Assembly: GCA_044376115.1 (NCBI GenBank)
Contig: JBILLK010000007.1
Coordinates: 32,001-96,000 of the forward strand
Source of the DNA: Polyangiaceae bacterium
Lineage (GTDB): Bacteria > Myxococcota_A > Polyangia > Polyangiales > Polyangiaceae
Reading direction: 5' to 3'
DNA length: 64,000 nucleotides
Numbering within the stretch: the stretch's first letter is position 1; each line of letters begins with the position of its first letter. This document shows positions 17,471-26,980 of this stretch, piece after piece. The position numbers were made by a program, and so were the translations under genes. Under the pieces are notes generated by a model. The model did not search any database. It was not told where the DNA came from and saw nothing but the letters and a program-made list of their open reading frames with translations.

Positions 17471-17685
17471 AAAGCGTCTACGTGCGGCTGCTCGGCGAGG
17501 GCACTTTCGTGTTTAGGCCAGCCCCAGCCGAGTTCCTGGAGCCCGACAAGGCCAGGCTGATGGCGCCGCCTGGCTACGATCCAGAAGATGAGGATTGGGA
17601 GTTCAAACCCGGATCGATCGTTCGAGTTGAGTTACGTCAGCTTGGAGGAGTAGATGCGTTCGTCGCTGTCGCGCGCGCGGAGTAG
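17467..17685 (+). CDS. Small conserved-type hypothetical protein
   Basis: VYVRLLGEGTFVFRP...DPEDEDWEFKPGSIVRV; GTG start overlaps the upstream stop. Confidence 0.65.
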   Translation: MKSVYVRLLGEGTFVFRPAPAEFLEPDKARLMAPPGYDPEDEDWEFKPGSIVRVELRQLGGVDAFVAVARAE

Positions 17686-17785
17686 CTCCCTTGTCCGCGC
17701 CAGTTGCGACTTCGGGGGCCCTGCGCAACTCACGAATTCCCGCACTAGGATGGGCTGATGCACCCGATCCTCGAGCCGGGGTGAA

Positions 17786-18163
17786 GTGATCGTTCGCTTT
17801 AGCGCGCAAACCGCCCCCCTATCCGAGCTCATCCGTCTGGGCCTCTCAATGAACCTGCTGCGGCCGGCTGTATTCACAGGCCTCAGGAAGCGTGGAGACG
17901 GCTTCTCATGCGAGGTCTCGAGTGACGATGACTGGGCGACTCACCTCTCAGAAATCCAGCGGTTCATTCGTGAGTTCGCGGAGGTGATTGCGCAAGCGCT
18001 TGGGGCCGATGCTTCGGTAACCGTGGATGTTGCAGTCGAACCCGAGGACAGGGAGCAGGGCCACGTCCTGGTTCTCGATTGGCCTCCGACCGTGCTTTCA
18101 ACCATCGCTTTGGCCGGCGTTCGGCTTGAAGTGTCGGTGTATCAAGGCAGTGAGCCCGTTTGA
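17786..18163 (+). CDS. Hypothetical protein, DUF4279-like
   Basis: 125 aa; C-terminal PPTVLSTIALAGVRLEVSVY resembles the DUF4279 ending. Confidence 0.55.
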   Translation: MIVRFSAQTAPLSELIRLGLSMNLLRPAVFTGLRKRGDGFSCEVSSDDDWATHLSEIQRFIREFAEVIAQALGADASVTVDVAVEPEDREQGHVLVLDWPPTVLSTIALAGVRLEVSVYQGSEPV

Positions 18164-18454
18164 CAAAGAGTGCGCGCCGAAGCCTGCGTTCACGATCCTC
18201 GAGGTATTCCTGACTGCAACCGCGTGGGTTCCCGGGTTTGGAGGTTTGGTATGAGAGTGCGCGCCAAACAGGATCTGAAGCCCTAGCAACTTTCGCTCGG
18301 GTGCTTGAACGCCTTCGGTGCGAGGTGGCCCTGAGCGAGGGGAAGCAGGAGTAAGTCGAAGAAGTCGAACTGCTCGGCTCCAAGCTCAACCAGCCGGCGA
18401 CGGTCACGGTCTTTACCTCGGCCGGCCCCGCCCAGCGTGGAGCGGCCTGCTAGC

Positions 18455-18712
18455 CTTGCAAGGCCCCCGGCCCGCATCGAGACGCCCGGTGCGACACTGC
18501 GTCGAGTCTCGCCGTGACACTAGGCGATGCGTCGCATCCTGCTGGGCGTCGAGCCTACGGTCGGTGGGCGTCCAGCCACGGGCGCGACATTGCGCCGAGT
18601 CTCGCGCTGACAGCAGGCGATGTGTCGCATCTTGCAAGGCCCTCGGGCCGCATCGAGCCGCCCGGTGCGACATTGCGTCGAGTCTCGCCGTGACACTGGG
18701 CGATGTGTCGCA
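18455..18712. repeat. Cluster of three REP-like imperfect palindromes
   Basis: (T/C)GCGACA.TGCG.CGAGTCTCGC..TGACA...GGCGATG.GTCGCA at 18490, 18583 and 18666. A longer direct repeat starts at 18455 and 18631. Confidence 0.8.
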
Positions 18713-19011
18713 CGGATGGGCGAAGTGCACCTGGCTGCACCGTGCCCTGCGTCATCTGCTCTTCCCTGGAGTCGATGGCGATGGTCGTCGACGACGAGGC
18801 CGAGAGTTCCCAGTTCGCGGGCTTCCGGGGCTCCGAGCCGTGACCCTCGCCCTCGCGCGAAGAAAGCAGCAAGCCCACGGTTGCTTGGGGTGCGGGTATG
18901 CAGCTACGCTCTGGGTGAATTCTTTTCGCCGGGGCAACGACGGAAGCGCGAGGTGGGCTCGCGCATCACCGCTTGCTTTTTGAAGTCCTTGGCGATCGGA
19001 GGTCCCGCATT

Positions 19012-22000
19012 ATGACCCCCTCGAATAAGCCTCAGCGTCGTCGAAATTCTGGTCGCGCGAGCCGGCTGCCCTTGCTGCTTCTCGCTGGCATCACCGCTGC
19101 GCCCGCCTGCGGTAGCGGTGGGGGGGGTTGCGGCTGCGCTGGCGTTACGCCGCTACCCGGCGGCTTCGTCAATGAGGAGCGGATCGAAAACGCGGCGGCT
19201 GTACGCATCACCGAGTCCGGCTTCGATTTTCTTGAGGCCAACATCGGGACGCTGGCCGGCACGCTGCTGGGCGGCGGGGTAGACGGCGGGATTGTCGAGT
19301 TCCCGGTGCCGGAGTCACAGGGCTCCTTCAACGTAATCTTCACCGACGTTAACTACACCGTTTGCCCCGGTGGTGCCGACGCCAACGCCAACCCGCCCAA
19401 GTGCATTGCGGAGATTGATCTGGGCAACGCCGATCTGGCGATTCAGCCCAAAGCGCCGCACAACCTCGAGGTGAGCGGCGTGATCCCGTTCCGTCTGCAG
19501 AATCTGCCGTTTGAATCGGGCATCGGCGACATGGTCATCACGCTCAACGGCAACGACTCCTGCCCGGGCGAAAACCAGACGTATGCGCCGGTCAACGTCA
19601 CCATCGATATCTCGATCGAGACCGACACCGATCCGGCTCACGCCCGCCAGGGTTACTCGCGGGTGCGCATCAACGAGGTGGCGATTAGCGAATCCGACAT
19701 TGAGAACGCGATCAAGCTCAACTGCGATGGCTTCCTCGGTAGCATCGCCGACCTGCTCAAGGGCCTGATCGTTGGGCAGCTGTTCGGTGGTCTGCAAGAC
19801 ACGCTGGTCTCTTCGATCGAGGAGCAGCTCTGCCAAGCGGCGAACCCCGCCGTTGATCCGGCTTGCCCAACCGGCACCAACAACGTGGAGGGCATCTGTC
19901 GTTATGGCACCACCGCTGACGCCGACTGCGTGTCGATCGTGCTCGGCACCGATGGTCGCGCCAACCTCTCCGGCCTGCTCTCCGGCATCTCCCCCGGCAC
20001 CAAGGGCGGGATGGACTTCTTGCTCGCCGCTGGCGGTCCCTCCCAGCGCGACGACGGCAGCGGCTACACCTGGGGCGATCTCAACCCGACCAACAACGGC
20101 GCCACCCTCGGCATGATGGGCGGCGTGGAGCCCAACCCGATCTCCGGCTGCGTACCGATCTCGGAGCTGCCCCGCCCGAGCGGCCTACAAATCCCCAACG
20201 AGCTGATCGACGACAACCTGATCAACAACTGGCCCGGCAACGTGCCTGGCCCGCACCTCGGGCTCGGCGTTTCGGAGAGCTTCTTCAACTACGCGCTCTC
20301 CGGCATGTACAACTCCGGTCTGCTTTGCATCGGCCTGTCGACCGAGACCGTGGATCTGCTCAACAGCGGCACCCTCGGCCTCTTGGCCCAATCGCTGCGA
20401 GACCTCGGGATTCAGCAGGAGACCCAGCCGATCGCCATCGTGCTCAAGCCCAAGTCGCCGCCGCGTGTGACCTTCGGCAACGGCACCAACCTCACGACCG
20501 ATCCGCTGATCAACCTCGAGCTGAAAGACGCGGGCTTCGACTTCTACGTCTTCTCCTCCGACCGCTACGTCCGCTTCATGACCGCCACCTTCGACATCGG
20601 GGCGCCGGTCAACCTTACGGTCACGCCCGAGGGCCTCGTGCCGGTGTTGGACGAGCTCGTTATCGAGAACGGCGTGATCGAGAACAACGAGCTCCTGAAG
20701 GAAGATCCGGCCACGCTCGCAGCCTCGCTGCAGGGCCTGCTCTCCAGCCAAATCGGCGGTCTGCTCGGCAGCGGGCTACCGGCGCTGGACCTCAACGGCT
20801 CGCTCTCGAGCTTGGGTCTGCGGCTGGTCATTCCGGAGACGGTTGAAGGGCAGGGCTCGCCTGGTCTGCGCAAGCTGGAGAAGGCTGGGGAACGTTACCT
20901 CGGCATCTTCGGCGCGCTCGAAGTTGCACCGGCGATGCAGAACTCGATGATCACCAGCGTCGAGCTGGTGGACACCGAGATCGATCAGGCGGGTCTGCGC
21001 GGCGTCAGCATGACGCCGTCCAACGCGCCGAAGATCACGGTCTTGGCCGACGTGCTCGATGACTACGGTCAACCGGTCGAGCACCAAGTGCGCGTGGACG
21101 GCGGGATGTGGAAGCCGTGGACGCGCGATCGGTACTTGCACCTCACTGGCGATGAGCTCCGTATCGAGGGGCGCCACTTGGTCGAGGTGCGCAGCCGCAA
21201 CGTTGGGCAGCCGTACACCGTGGATGAAGAGCCCGCTTTCTTGGAGGTCTTGATCGACACCGTGGCTCCCGAAGTGAAGGTGACCGAGGACGAGAACGGC
21301 CGCATCAAGCTCGCCGCAGCAGACCTCGTTTCGGATGAAGAGGTCCTCGTTCGTTACCGCTTCGACGATGGGGAGTGGAGCAAGTGGATCAAGCAGAGCG
21401 CGCTCTCCGAGATCGAGACGCCCGAGTTTGCCGAGCAGATCGAGGTCGAGAGCAAGGATGAGTCGGGCAACCTCGGGACCGCGCAACAGGGCCTGATCCG
21501 CGGCCTACCGCGCGGCGACGGCGGTGGTTGTGGCTGCGCTGTACCTGGCGAGTCGAACCCGCGCTTCGGTGCTTCACTCGCGCTCGGTGCGCTGGCTGCC
21601 ATCCTGGCGATGGCGCGCAGGCGCAACCGCAAAGCGGCCGCTCCGGTGGCCGCCAAGCCCGCGGCTGCCAAACCTGTTGCTGCAAAGGCCGCTCGCAAGC
21701 TCAGCAGCCGCACCCTGCTGGCTTCGATCGGCTTGTTCGGCGTGATGAGCACCTTCGGTGGTTGCTCCTGCGACGAGTCGACCGAGACCGACCCGGACCC
21801 GACCGCCAAGTGTGAGGCCCCCGATTGCAAGACGCTGGAAGCGGGCCTGATCGGCTCGTACACCAGCGCCGCGCTCGACTCGAAGGGCACGCTCTGGGTC
21901 TCCGGTTACAACGAGGCCTTCTACGAATCGGCCTTCCCCAAGTACGGTGATCTCGCGGTGGGCCCGCTCGAGGGCGCAGCGGTCAACTGGACGGTGATCG

Positions 22001-23181
22001 ACGGCGTTCCGCAAACGCCCACCCCCGATCCGAAGAAGTTCAACGTGAAGGGCTTCCGCGGCGGGCAGACAGAGCCCGGTGAAGACGTCGGAATTTGGTC
22101 CAGCATCGCGATCGATCCGGCGACGGATCGGCCGGCGGTGGCCTACTTCGATCGCACCAACACTGCGCTCAAGTACGCTGAGTTCAACGGTACCGCGTGG
22201 GAGATCTCGGTGGTGGACAGCGCCCCCGACACCGACACCGGCCGCTACGCCAAGCTCGCCTTCATCAACGGCAAGCCGGTGATCGCCTACCAAGCGATCG
22301 AGTCGGCGGCCTCCGGCAAGATCACCTCCAAGGTGAAGCTCGCCACCGGCGCCAGCAACGGCTTCACGCTCGAGGACGTGGTGGTCAACGCCAACACGCC
22401 TTGTCGCAACGGCTTCTGCACCGGCGGCTCGGTGTGCGTCGCCGACGACGGCGTATGCGCCTCGCCCGGCAGCGGCTGCAACGCCTGCGCAGCCGACGAG
22501 ACCTGCGTGGACATCGGTGGGTCGGCGCAATGCAAGGTCGCCCTCACGTCGCAAAAGATCGAGCCCTTCCCGGTCGCGACAGGGCTCTACGTGGCGCTCG
22601 CCCCCGACGGCAACGGCGGCGTTGGCATCGCCTACTACGACCGCGTCGACGGCACCGTGAACGTGGTCAACAAGGGCGCTGATGGCTGGACGGTCACCGT
22701 CGTCGACGGCGGTCCGCAAGCCGACGGCACCTTCTCCGATACCGGCGTTGGCACCTCGCTCTTCATCGACGCCGACGGCACGTGGCACCTCGCCTATGTC
22801 GACGGCTACGCCGAGGCGCTCAAGTACGCCTCCTTCACCAACGGTACGCTCGACCGCGAAACGGTGGATGACGGCCTCGCGGTCAACAACGTCGCCTTCC
22901 CGGACGGCCAACACGTGATCGGGGATGACGCCAATGTGAGCGTGATTCAGGGCGTGATCACCGTCACCTACCAGGACGCTTCGAGCGGTGATCTGCGCAT
23001 CGCTGAGCGCAACCCCGGGGGAGACGGCTGGAACCAGCGCGTGCTCGAGACCGAGTACTTCGGTGGCTTCTTCTCGAAGCAGCTGCCGGACGGTCGCGTC
23101 GTTTCCTGGGGTCGGCGCATCGAGCCGGGCGCCGATGGCAACCCGATCAGCGTTGGCAACGTGACCGTCGTATCGCCCTGA
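19012..23181 (+). CDS. Large surface protein: BPI/LBP-like region, Ig-like domains, internal MYXO-CTERM, second lipoprotein signal, beta-propeller
   Basis: SD GGAGGT; signal ending in AC; VRITESGFDFL and LGVSESFFNYAL motifs; GGGCGC-TM-RRR at about 21520-21633; FGGCSC at about 21755-21771; IAYYD/LKYA propeller blades. Confidence 0.8.
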   Translation: MTPSNKPQRRRNSGRASRLPLLLLAGITAAPACGSGGGGCGCAGVTPLPGGFVNEERIENAAAVRITESGFDFLEANIGTLAGTLLGGGVDGGIVEFPVPESQGSFNVIFTDVNYTVCPGGADANANPPKCIAEIDLGNADLAIQPKAPHNLEVSGVIPFRLQNLPFESGIGDMVITLNGNDSCPGENQTYAPVNVTIDISIETDTDPAHARQGYSRVRINEVAISESDIENAIKLNCDGFLGSIADLLKGLIVGQLFGGLQDTLVSSIEEQLCQAANPAVDPACPTGTNNVEGICRYGTTADADCVSIVLGTDGRANLSGLLSGISPGTKGGMDFLLAAGGPSQRDDGSGYTWGDLNPTNNGATLGMMGGVEPNPISGCVPISELPRPSGLQIPNELIDDNLINNWPGNVPGPHLGLGVSESFFNYALSGMYNSGLLCIGLSTETVDLLNSGTLGLLAQSLRDLGIQQETQPIAIVLKPKSPPRVTFGNGTNLTTDPLINLELKDAGFDFYVFSSDRYVRFMTATFDIGAPVNLTVTPEGLVPVLDELVIENGVIENNELLKEDPATLAASLQGLLSSQIGGLLGSGLPALDLNGSLSSLGLRLVIPETVEGQGSPGLRKLEKAGERYLGIFGALEVAPAMQNSMITSVELVDTEIDQAGLRGVSMTPSNAPKITVLADVLDDYGQPVEHQVRVDGGMWKPWTRDRYLHLTGDELRIEGRHLVEVRSRNVGQPYTVDEEPAFLEVLIDTVAPEVKVTEDENGRIKLAAADLVSDEEVLVRYRFDDGEWSKWIKQSALSEIETPEFAEQIEVESKDESGNLGTAQQGLIRGLPRGDGGGCGCAVPGESNPRFGASLALGALAAILAMARRRNRKAAAPVAAKPAAAKPVAAKAARKLSSRTLLASIGLFGVMSTFGGCSCDESTETDPDPTAKCEAPDCKTLEAGLIGSYTSAALDSKGTLWVSGYNEAFYESAFPKYGDLAVGPLEGAAVNWTVIDGVPQTPTPDPKKFNVKGFRGGQTEPGEDVGIWSSIAIDPATDRPAVAYFDRTNTALKYAEFNGTAWEISVVDSAPDTDTGRYAKLAFINGKPVIAYQAIESAASGKITSKVKLATGASNGFTLEDVVVNANTPCRNGFCTGGSVCVADDGVCASPGSGCNACAADETCVDIGGSAQCKVALTSQKIEPFPVATGLYVALAPDGNGGVGIAYYDRVDGTVNVVNKGADGWTVTVVDGGPQADGTFSDTGVGTSLFIDADGTWHLAYVDGYAEALKYASFTNGTLDRETVDDGLAVNNVAFPDGQHVIGDDANVSVIQGVITVTYQDASSGDLRIAERNPGGDGWNQRVLETEYFGGFFSKQLPDGRVVSWGRRIEPGADGNPISVGNVTVVSP

Positions 23182-23396
23182 TCGCCCTGAGCTAGCTCGC
23201 GACGCAACGCGCAAGCTTGCCACGCAGCGCGCTTCGCCCGCCCAGGTCCTCGAACCTGCGGCGGGCGAATCGTTTTCGAACGCCCGCGCAGACCGCTCGC
23301 ACGCCAACACGAACCGGGCCGCAGACCGACGCAAACTCGCTCGCAAGCCGACGCAAAAATTTGGCCCAGAACGGCGCCGAGGCGTACGGCAGGTGC

Positions 23397-23660
23397 ATGT
23401 CCACGAAGGTCGCCCTCGCCACGGAACTGCGCCGCGCACTCGGCGAGATGCTCGCTCTCCAGGCCCAGGGTGGTTTGCACCCCAAGCTGTCCAAGGCCCA
23501 AGGCTTTGTCGATGGCTACATGCGAGCCATGCTGGATTCACGCATGATGACGCAAGAAGAGATGCTCAAGCTCGTCGCTGAGGAGCGCGCCCGTGCGCGC
23601 GGCCCGTCGACGCGAGAGAGCGCTGGCGACGACTACGGCTTCAGCCGCGCCCTCGCCTGA
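23397..23660 (+). CDS. Small hypothetical protein
   Basis: 87 aa with AQGFVDGYMRAML motif and good codon usage. Confidence 0.7.
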   Translation: MSTKVALATELRRALGEMLALQAQGGLHPKLSKAQGFVDGYMRAMLDSRMMTQEEMLKLVAEERARARGPSTRESAGDDYGFSRALA

Positions 23661-23686
23661 GTTGATGCAAGGTCGAGCAGCTCAGC

Positions 23687-24850
23687 TCACTTGAGCTGCT
23701 CGAGCGCCCTGTCGGCCGACGCCCGCGGGGCGTTGGCGATAGCGACCATCGCCCCCGACTTCGGCACGAACAGCATGCGACAGTGATCCGGCGTGCGCGC
23801 CGGCAAACGAGTGAGCGCGTAGTCGATGGCCAGGCCAACCAGCAGCACGGCGACGCCGAGCGACAAGAACTCGGGCGAACCAGCGCGAGCGCCGTCCATC
23901 ACCAGCCGAAGCCCGATGAAGCTACCGAGCAGCAGTGAGCCGATGCCCACGTACGTCGGCAGACCGGGGTAGCGCACCTCGCGCGCAGCGATCTGGAGAC
24001 CGGTGGCCGGGAGAAAAGTCTCCTGCTCACGCAGCGTCTTCCCGAGCAGCTCGACGCGCGACTTCACCGTGACGCCAGCCTTGTTGACCGAGATGCTGGC
24101 AGGCCGTTTGAGGCGCAGCGCCACACGTGCGAAGCCCGCTGCGAGCGCCCACACCGGCAACACGAAGGTCATCAACATGAGCACCGTCCACACGGGATGG
24201 CGCGGGGCCGACGTGCGCTCGGCGTCGAAGCCGACGGCCGGTCCACTCGGCGCGGTGGCGCCCTCCGAGCCGCGCAGCAGCGTGAGCAGCAGCGGATCGC
24301 GAACGGTGACACGGGCTCGCTCGAGCAGCTCCGCGCGGGCACTGCGCCCAAGGGCGAGCGCAGCAACCATCGCCGTTGGACGGTCCACCGTCACATCGCC
24401 GTCGTCGTAGCGGCGCGCCACATCGAGGAAGGCCTCGGAGAAGCGGTTGGCCCGCTCACCGCCGAGCGCGAGCAGCGGCAACACCGGATCAAACGGGCTG
24501 TGAGCCGAGACCCACAAGAGGGCGTGCGCAAGCCGTGCATCGGTTGAAGCTTCCGTGGAGGCCGCAGCCCCGAGCGCGCCCAAGGTCCCAACCAGCGTGC
24601 GCTCGGCGCCTGCAGCGGAGGTGCCTTTTTTCAGCGCGCGCAGCACGTTGCCGAAGGAAGTCTCCGCCGCGGCCTCTTCGACCCCAAGCCGCGCCGCAGC
24701 CTCCGAAATACCTTGGTCCAGCGTTGGTCTGCGCTCATCAAAAGCGGTAAGCATGAGCGTGACCACGAGCTTGCTGAGCGGCTCACGGATGGCGTGGGCG
24801 TCCATCTCTTTGATGACCCCCAACGCGCCGCGATCCAAAGCCTGAACCAT
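23687..24850 (-). CDS. Hypothetical membrane protein
   Basis: 387-aa ORF with three hydrophobic segments in the C-terminal half. Confidence 0.75.
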   Translation of the reverse strand: MVQALDRGALGVIKEMDAHAIREPLSKLVVTLMLTAFDERRPTLDQGISEAAARLGVEEAAAETSFGNVLRALKKGTSAAGAERTLVGTLGALGAAASTEASTDARLAHALLWVSAHSPFDPVLPLLALGGERANRFSEAFLDVARRYDDGDVTVDRPTAMVAALALGRSARAELLERARVTVRDPLLLTLLRGSEGATAPSGPAVGFDAERTSAPRHPVWTVLMLMTFVLPVWALAAGFARVALRLKRPASISVNKAGVTVKSRVELLGKTLREQETFLPATGLQIAAREVRYPGLPTYVGIGSLLLGSFIGLRLVMDGARAGSPEFLSLGVAVLLVGLAIDYALTRLPARTPDHCRMLFVPKSGAMVAIANAPRASADRALEQLK

Positions 24851-24986
24851 GGCAGGTCTCTAGTTCGAGCGGCGCCGGAGCGGAAGCCCCGACGCACCCG
24901 CGGGGGCGCCGCCGTGACAGGGTACGTCCGCGGTCACTTGGCCGGAGGTGCGCGCCTGTGGAATCGGCTGTTATCCTGCGCGACCC

Positions 24987-25868
24987 ATGCTCCGAACCTC
25001 CACGATTCTCGCGCTGGTCTCGCTCGGCGCGGTGGCGTGCGCGAGGGACTCCGGGCCAGCGACTCTCGCGTCCGCCTCCGCGGCCTCGTCCGCGCCGTCC
25101 GCTTTCGCCGCTGACTCTGCGTCGGCCTCGGCGTCGCTAGCGCCCCCCGCGGCCTCGTCCGCTACGGGCGCGCCCAAGCTCACGCTCGCGCAGATCATGG
25201 CGGTCAAGATTCCCCCACCCAACCCCGGTCCGTGGGCGCGTGCGTATGACCAACTCGAGCGGCTGCTCGGTAAGCCCACCCACCTGGAGGACGGCAAATA
25301 CGGCTGGGGCGCGATGGATGGCACGAGCTGCGGCTACACCCGCCTCTTCAAGGGCAAGGATCCCTTGGGGGAGTACGTCTCTCATTTTGTCTACCCCACC
25401 AGGGCCGAAAAGGGGAGCGGCTATCAGTACGCCGAGTGCACGACCGTCGCTGGCGTTCCACCCGGTCCTCCCGAGGATCCGAACGCTTTGGCGCCTCCAG
25501 TCGACGGGAGTCCCGTGCCCGTCTCGACCTTCATGGCCAACGTCATCATCGGTCGCTCGAAATGGGACAAGCAGAAGGTGACGTTGGTGGGCAAGGGCAT
25601 GGGCAGTTTGACGAGGAGCACGCCCGCCAACCCCGAGCTCTACAGCGCAAAGGTCCTACTGACTGGCGACGACACCAACGCAGGAGGCCTCTATTGCACG
25701 CTCGCGAAAGGGGTCCGTGAGCCAGATCCTTCTGCCACCAGCGGCTCCATCATCGCAACAGGGACTGTCCAGATCAGCGAACTCGTCCAGCCCACAGGTG
25801 AACGCATCCTCGTCGCGGGCCTCGTCGATTGTGACTTCGACCGAGTCGGGGCTCCGAGCGGCAGGTGA
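24987..25868 (+). CDS. Lipoprotein, possible C-terminal OB-fold
   Basis: Lipobox AVAC, Ala/Ser linker, KVTLVG...LYC...IATGTV...LVDC pattern. Confidence 0.7.
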   Translation: MLRTSTILALVSLGAVACARDSGPATLASASAASSAPSAFAADSASASASLAPPAASSATGAPKLTLAQIMAVKIPPPNPGPWARAYDQLERLLGKPTHLEDGKYGWGAMDGTSCGYTRLFKGKDPLGEYVSHFVYPTRAEKGSGYQYAECTTVAGVPPGPPEDPNALAPPVDGSPVPVSTFMANVIIGRSKWDKQKVTLVGKGMGSLTRSTPANPELYSAKVLLTGDDTNAGGLYCTLAKGVREPDPSATSGSIIATGTVQISELVQPTGERILVAGLVDCDFDRVGAPSGR

Positions 25869-25884
25869 TGCTGCTTTGGACCAA

Positions 25885-25920
25885 CAAAAACAGAACGCCC
25901 GCGGTTGGCCACGGGCGTTC
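25885..25920 (-). terminator. Intrinsic terminator between convergent genes
   Basis: GAACGCCCGCGG-TTGG-CCACGGGCGTTC stem; T-tract on the minus strand. Confidence 0.7.
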
Positions 25921-25943
25921 GCTTCAAACCGGTGCGGCTTGCG

Positions 25944-26933
25944 TCAAGGGCAGTCGTCGCGCAGCTTCACGCCGGCTGCGGCGAAGTCGGCTAGCAGGCG
26001 AACGGCGTCAGCGCAGTCAGCCGTAGCAGCCGAGTCAGTGGCAGCACACCAATCGCCCTTGTAGGTGATGACGCCACCGGCGTCGCGGTTGCACTTGCCG
26101 TCGGTCGAGTCCTCCGGGGCGAGCAGCGAACAAAGCGAAGCGTCGCCGAGCTGCGGCACCTTGACGGCGTCTCCGTCTTCCAGGGTAACGAAGCCTTCGA
26201 GTTTGGCGCCGGCATTGAAGGCCGGCGTGGAGGTGGAGGCCTTGCATAGGTTGTTCGGGTCGAGACCGTCGGCGTTGAAGGAACCCATGCAGTTGTTGTC
26301 CGCCGAGATCACGCCATCCTTGATCGAGACGCCGCGAAGCGGCAGCAGGATCACGCTCGCGGTGTCGGTCGGGCTCGTGTAAATCGGCACCACGACGTCC
26401 TCGGTGCCCTCGAGCGTGAAGGCGCCCGAGCCATCGATGGTCAGCGGCAATTCGAGCGGCGCCACATCGAAGCCGTCGATCGTCTCGTTGATGAAGCAGT
26501 AGCCGTTGTCTGGGTTGGTCTCGAGCACGGCGCCGCCGGTGCGGAGGATGCCGGCCGTCTTGTCGAAGGTCAGGATCCAGTTGAAGCTGCCGTCTCCGGT
26601 GAACAGCGCCAGGCTGTCTTTGGTGACGCATTGCTCGTAGTCGGGCGTGATGCCGGTGGAGAGCAAGCCCGCGACGACGGGGGAGGCGAGAGCCGCGGGA
26701 GCGCTCAGCTGCAGGTCCACGATGCGCAGCGAGAACACGTCTTTGCCGGCGTTGTCCTCGAAGGCAACGCAGTCACTCACCACCGACGGGCAACCTTCAG
26801 CAGGGGCACAAGCACCACCGGCGGGAGCACCACCGGTGTCTCCCGTTGACGAGGAACCCGAATCTCCGCAGCCGACGGCTAGGAAAGGAGCAACAACGAG
26901 CACCGAAAGTACGGACGCAGAAATTCGCAGCAT
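25944..26933 (-). CDS. Cys-rich lipoprotein of unknown function
   Basis: Lipobox LAVGC; 329 aa with many Cys residues. Confidence 0.8.
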   Translation of the reverse strand: MLRISASVLSVLVVAPFLAVGCGDSGSSSTGDTGGAPAGGACAPAEGCPSVVSDCVAFEDNAGKDVFSLRIVDLQLSAPAALASPVVAGLLSTGITPDYEQCVTKDSLALFTGDGSFNWILTFDKTAGILRTGGAVLETNPDNGYCFINETIDGFDVAPLELPLTIDGSGAFTLEGTEDVVVPIYTSPTDTASVILLPLRGVSIKDGVISADNNCMGSFNADGLDPNNLCKASTSTPAFNAGAKLEGFVTLEDGDAVKVPQLGDASLCSLLAPEDSTDGKCNRDAGGVITYKGDWCAATDSAATADCADAVRLLADFAAAGVKLRDDCP

Positions 26934-26980
26934 GGTTCCCTCGCGAAGTTAGTGGTGATGGTGAAAGCGACGTTGGCGGA

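Noticed and set aside
18283..18983. ORFs over the REP-like cluster
   Set aside because: Low-complexity Arg/Ala/Ser translations of repeats with no protein motif.
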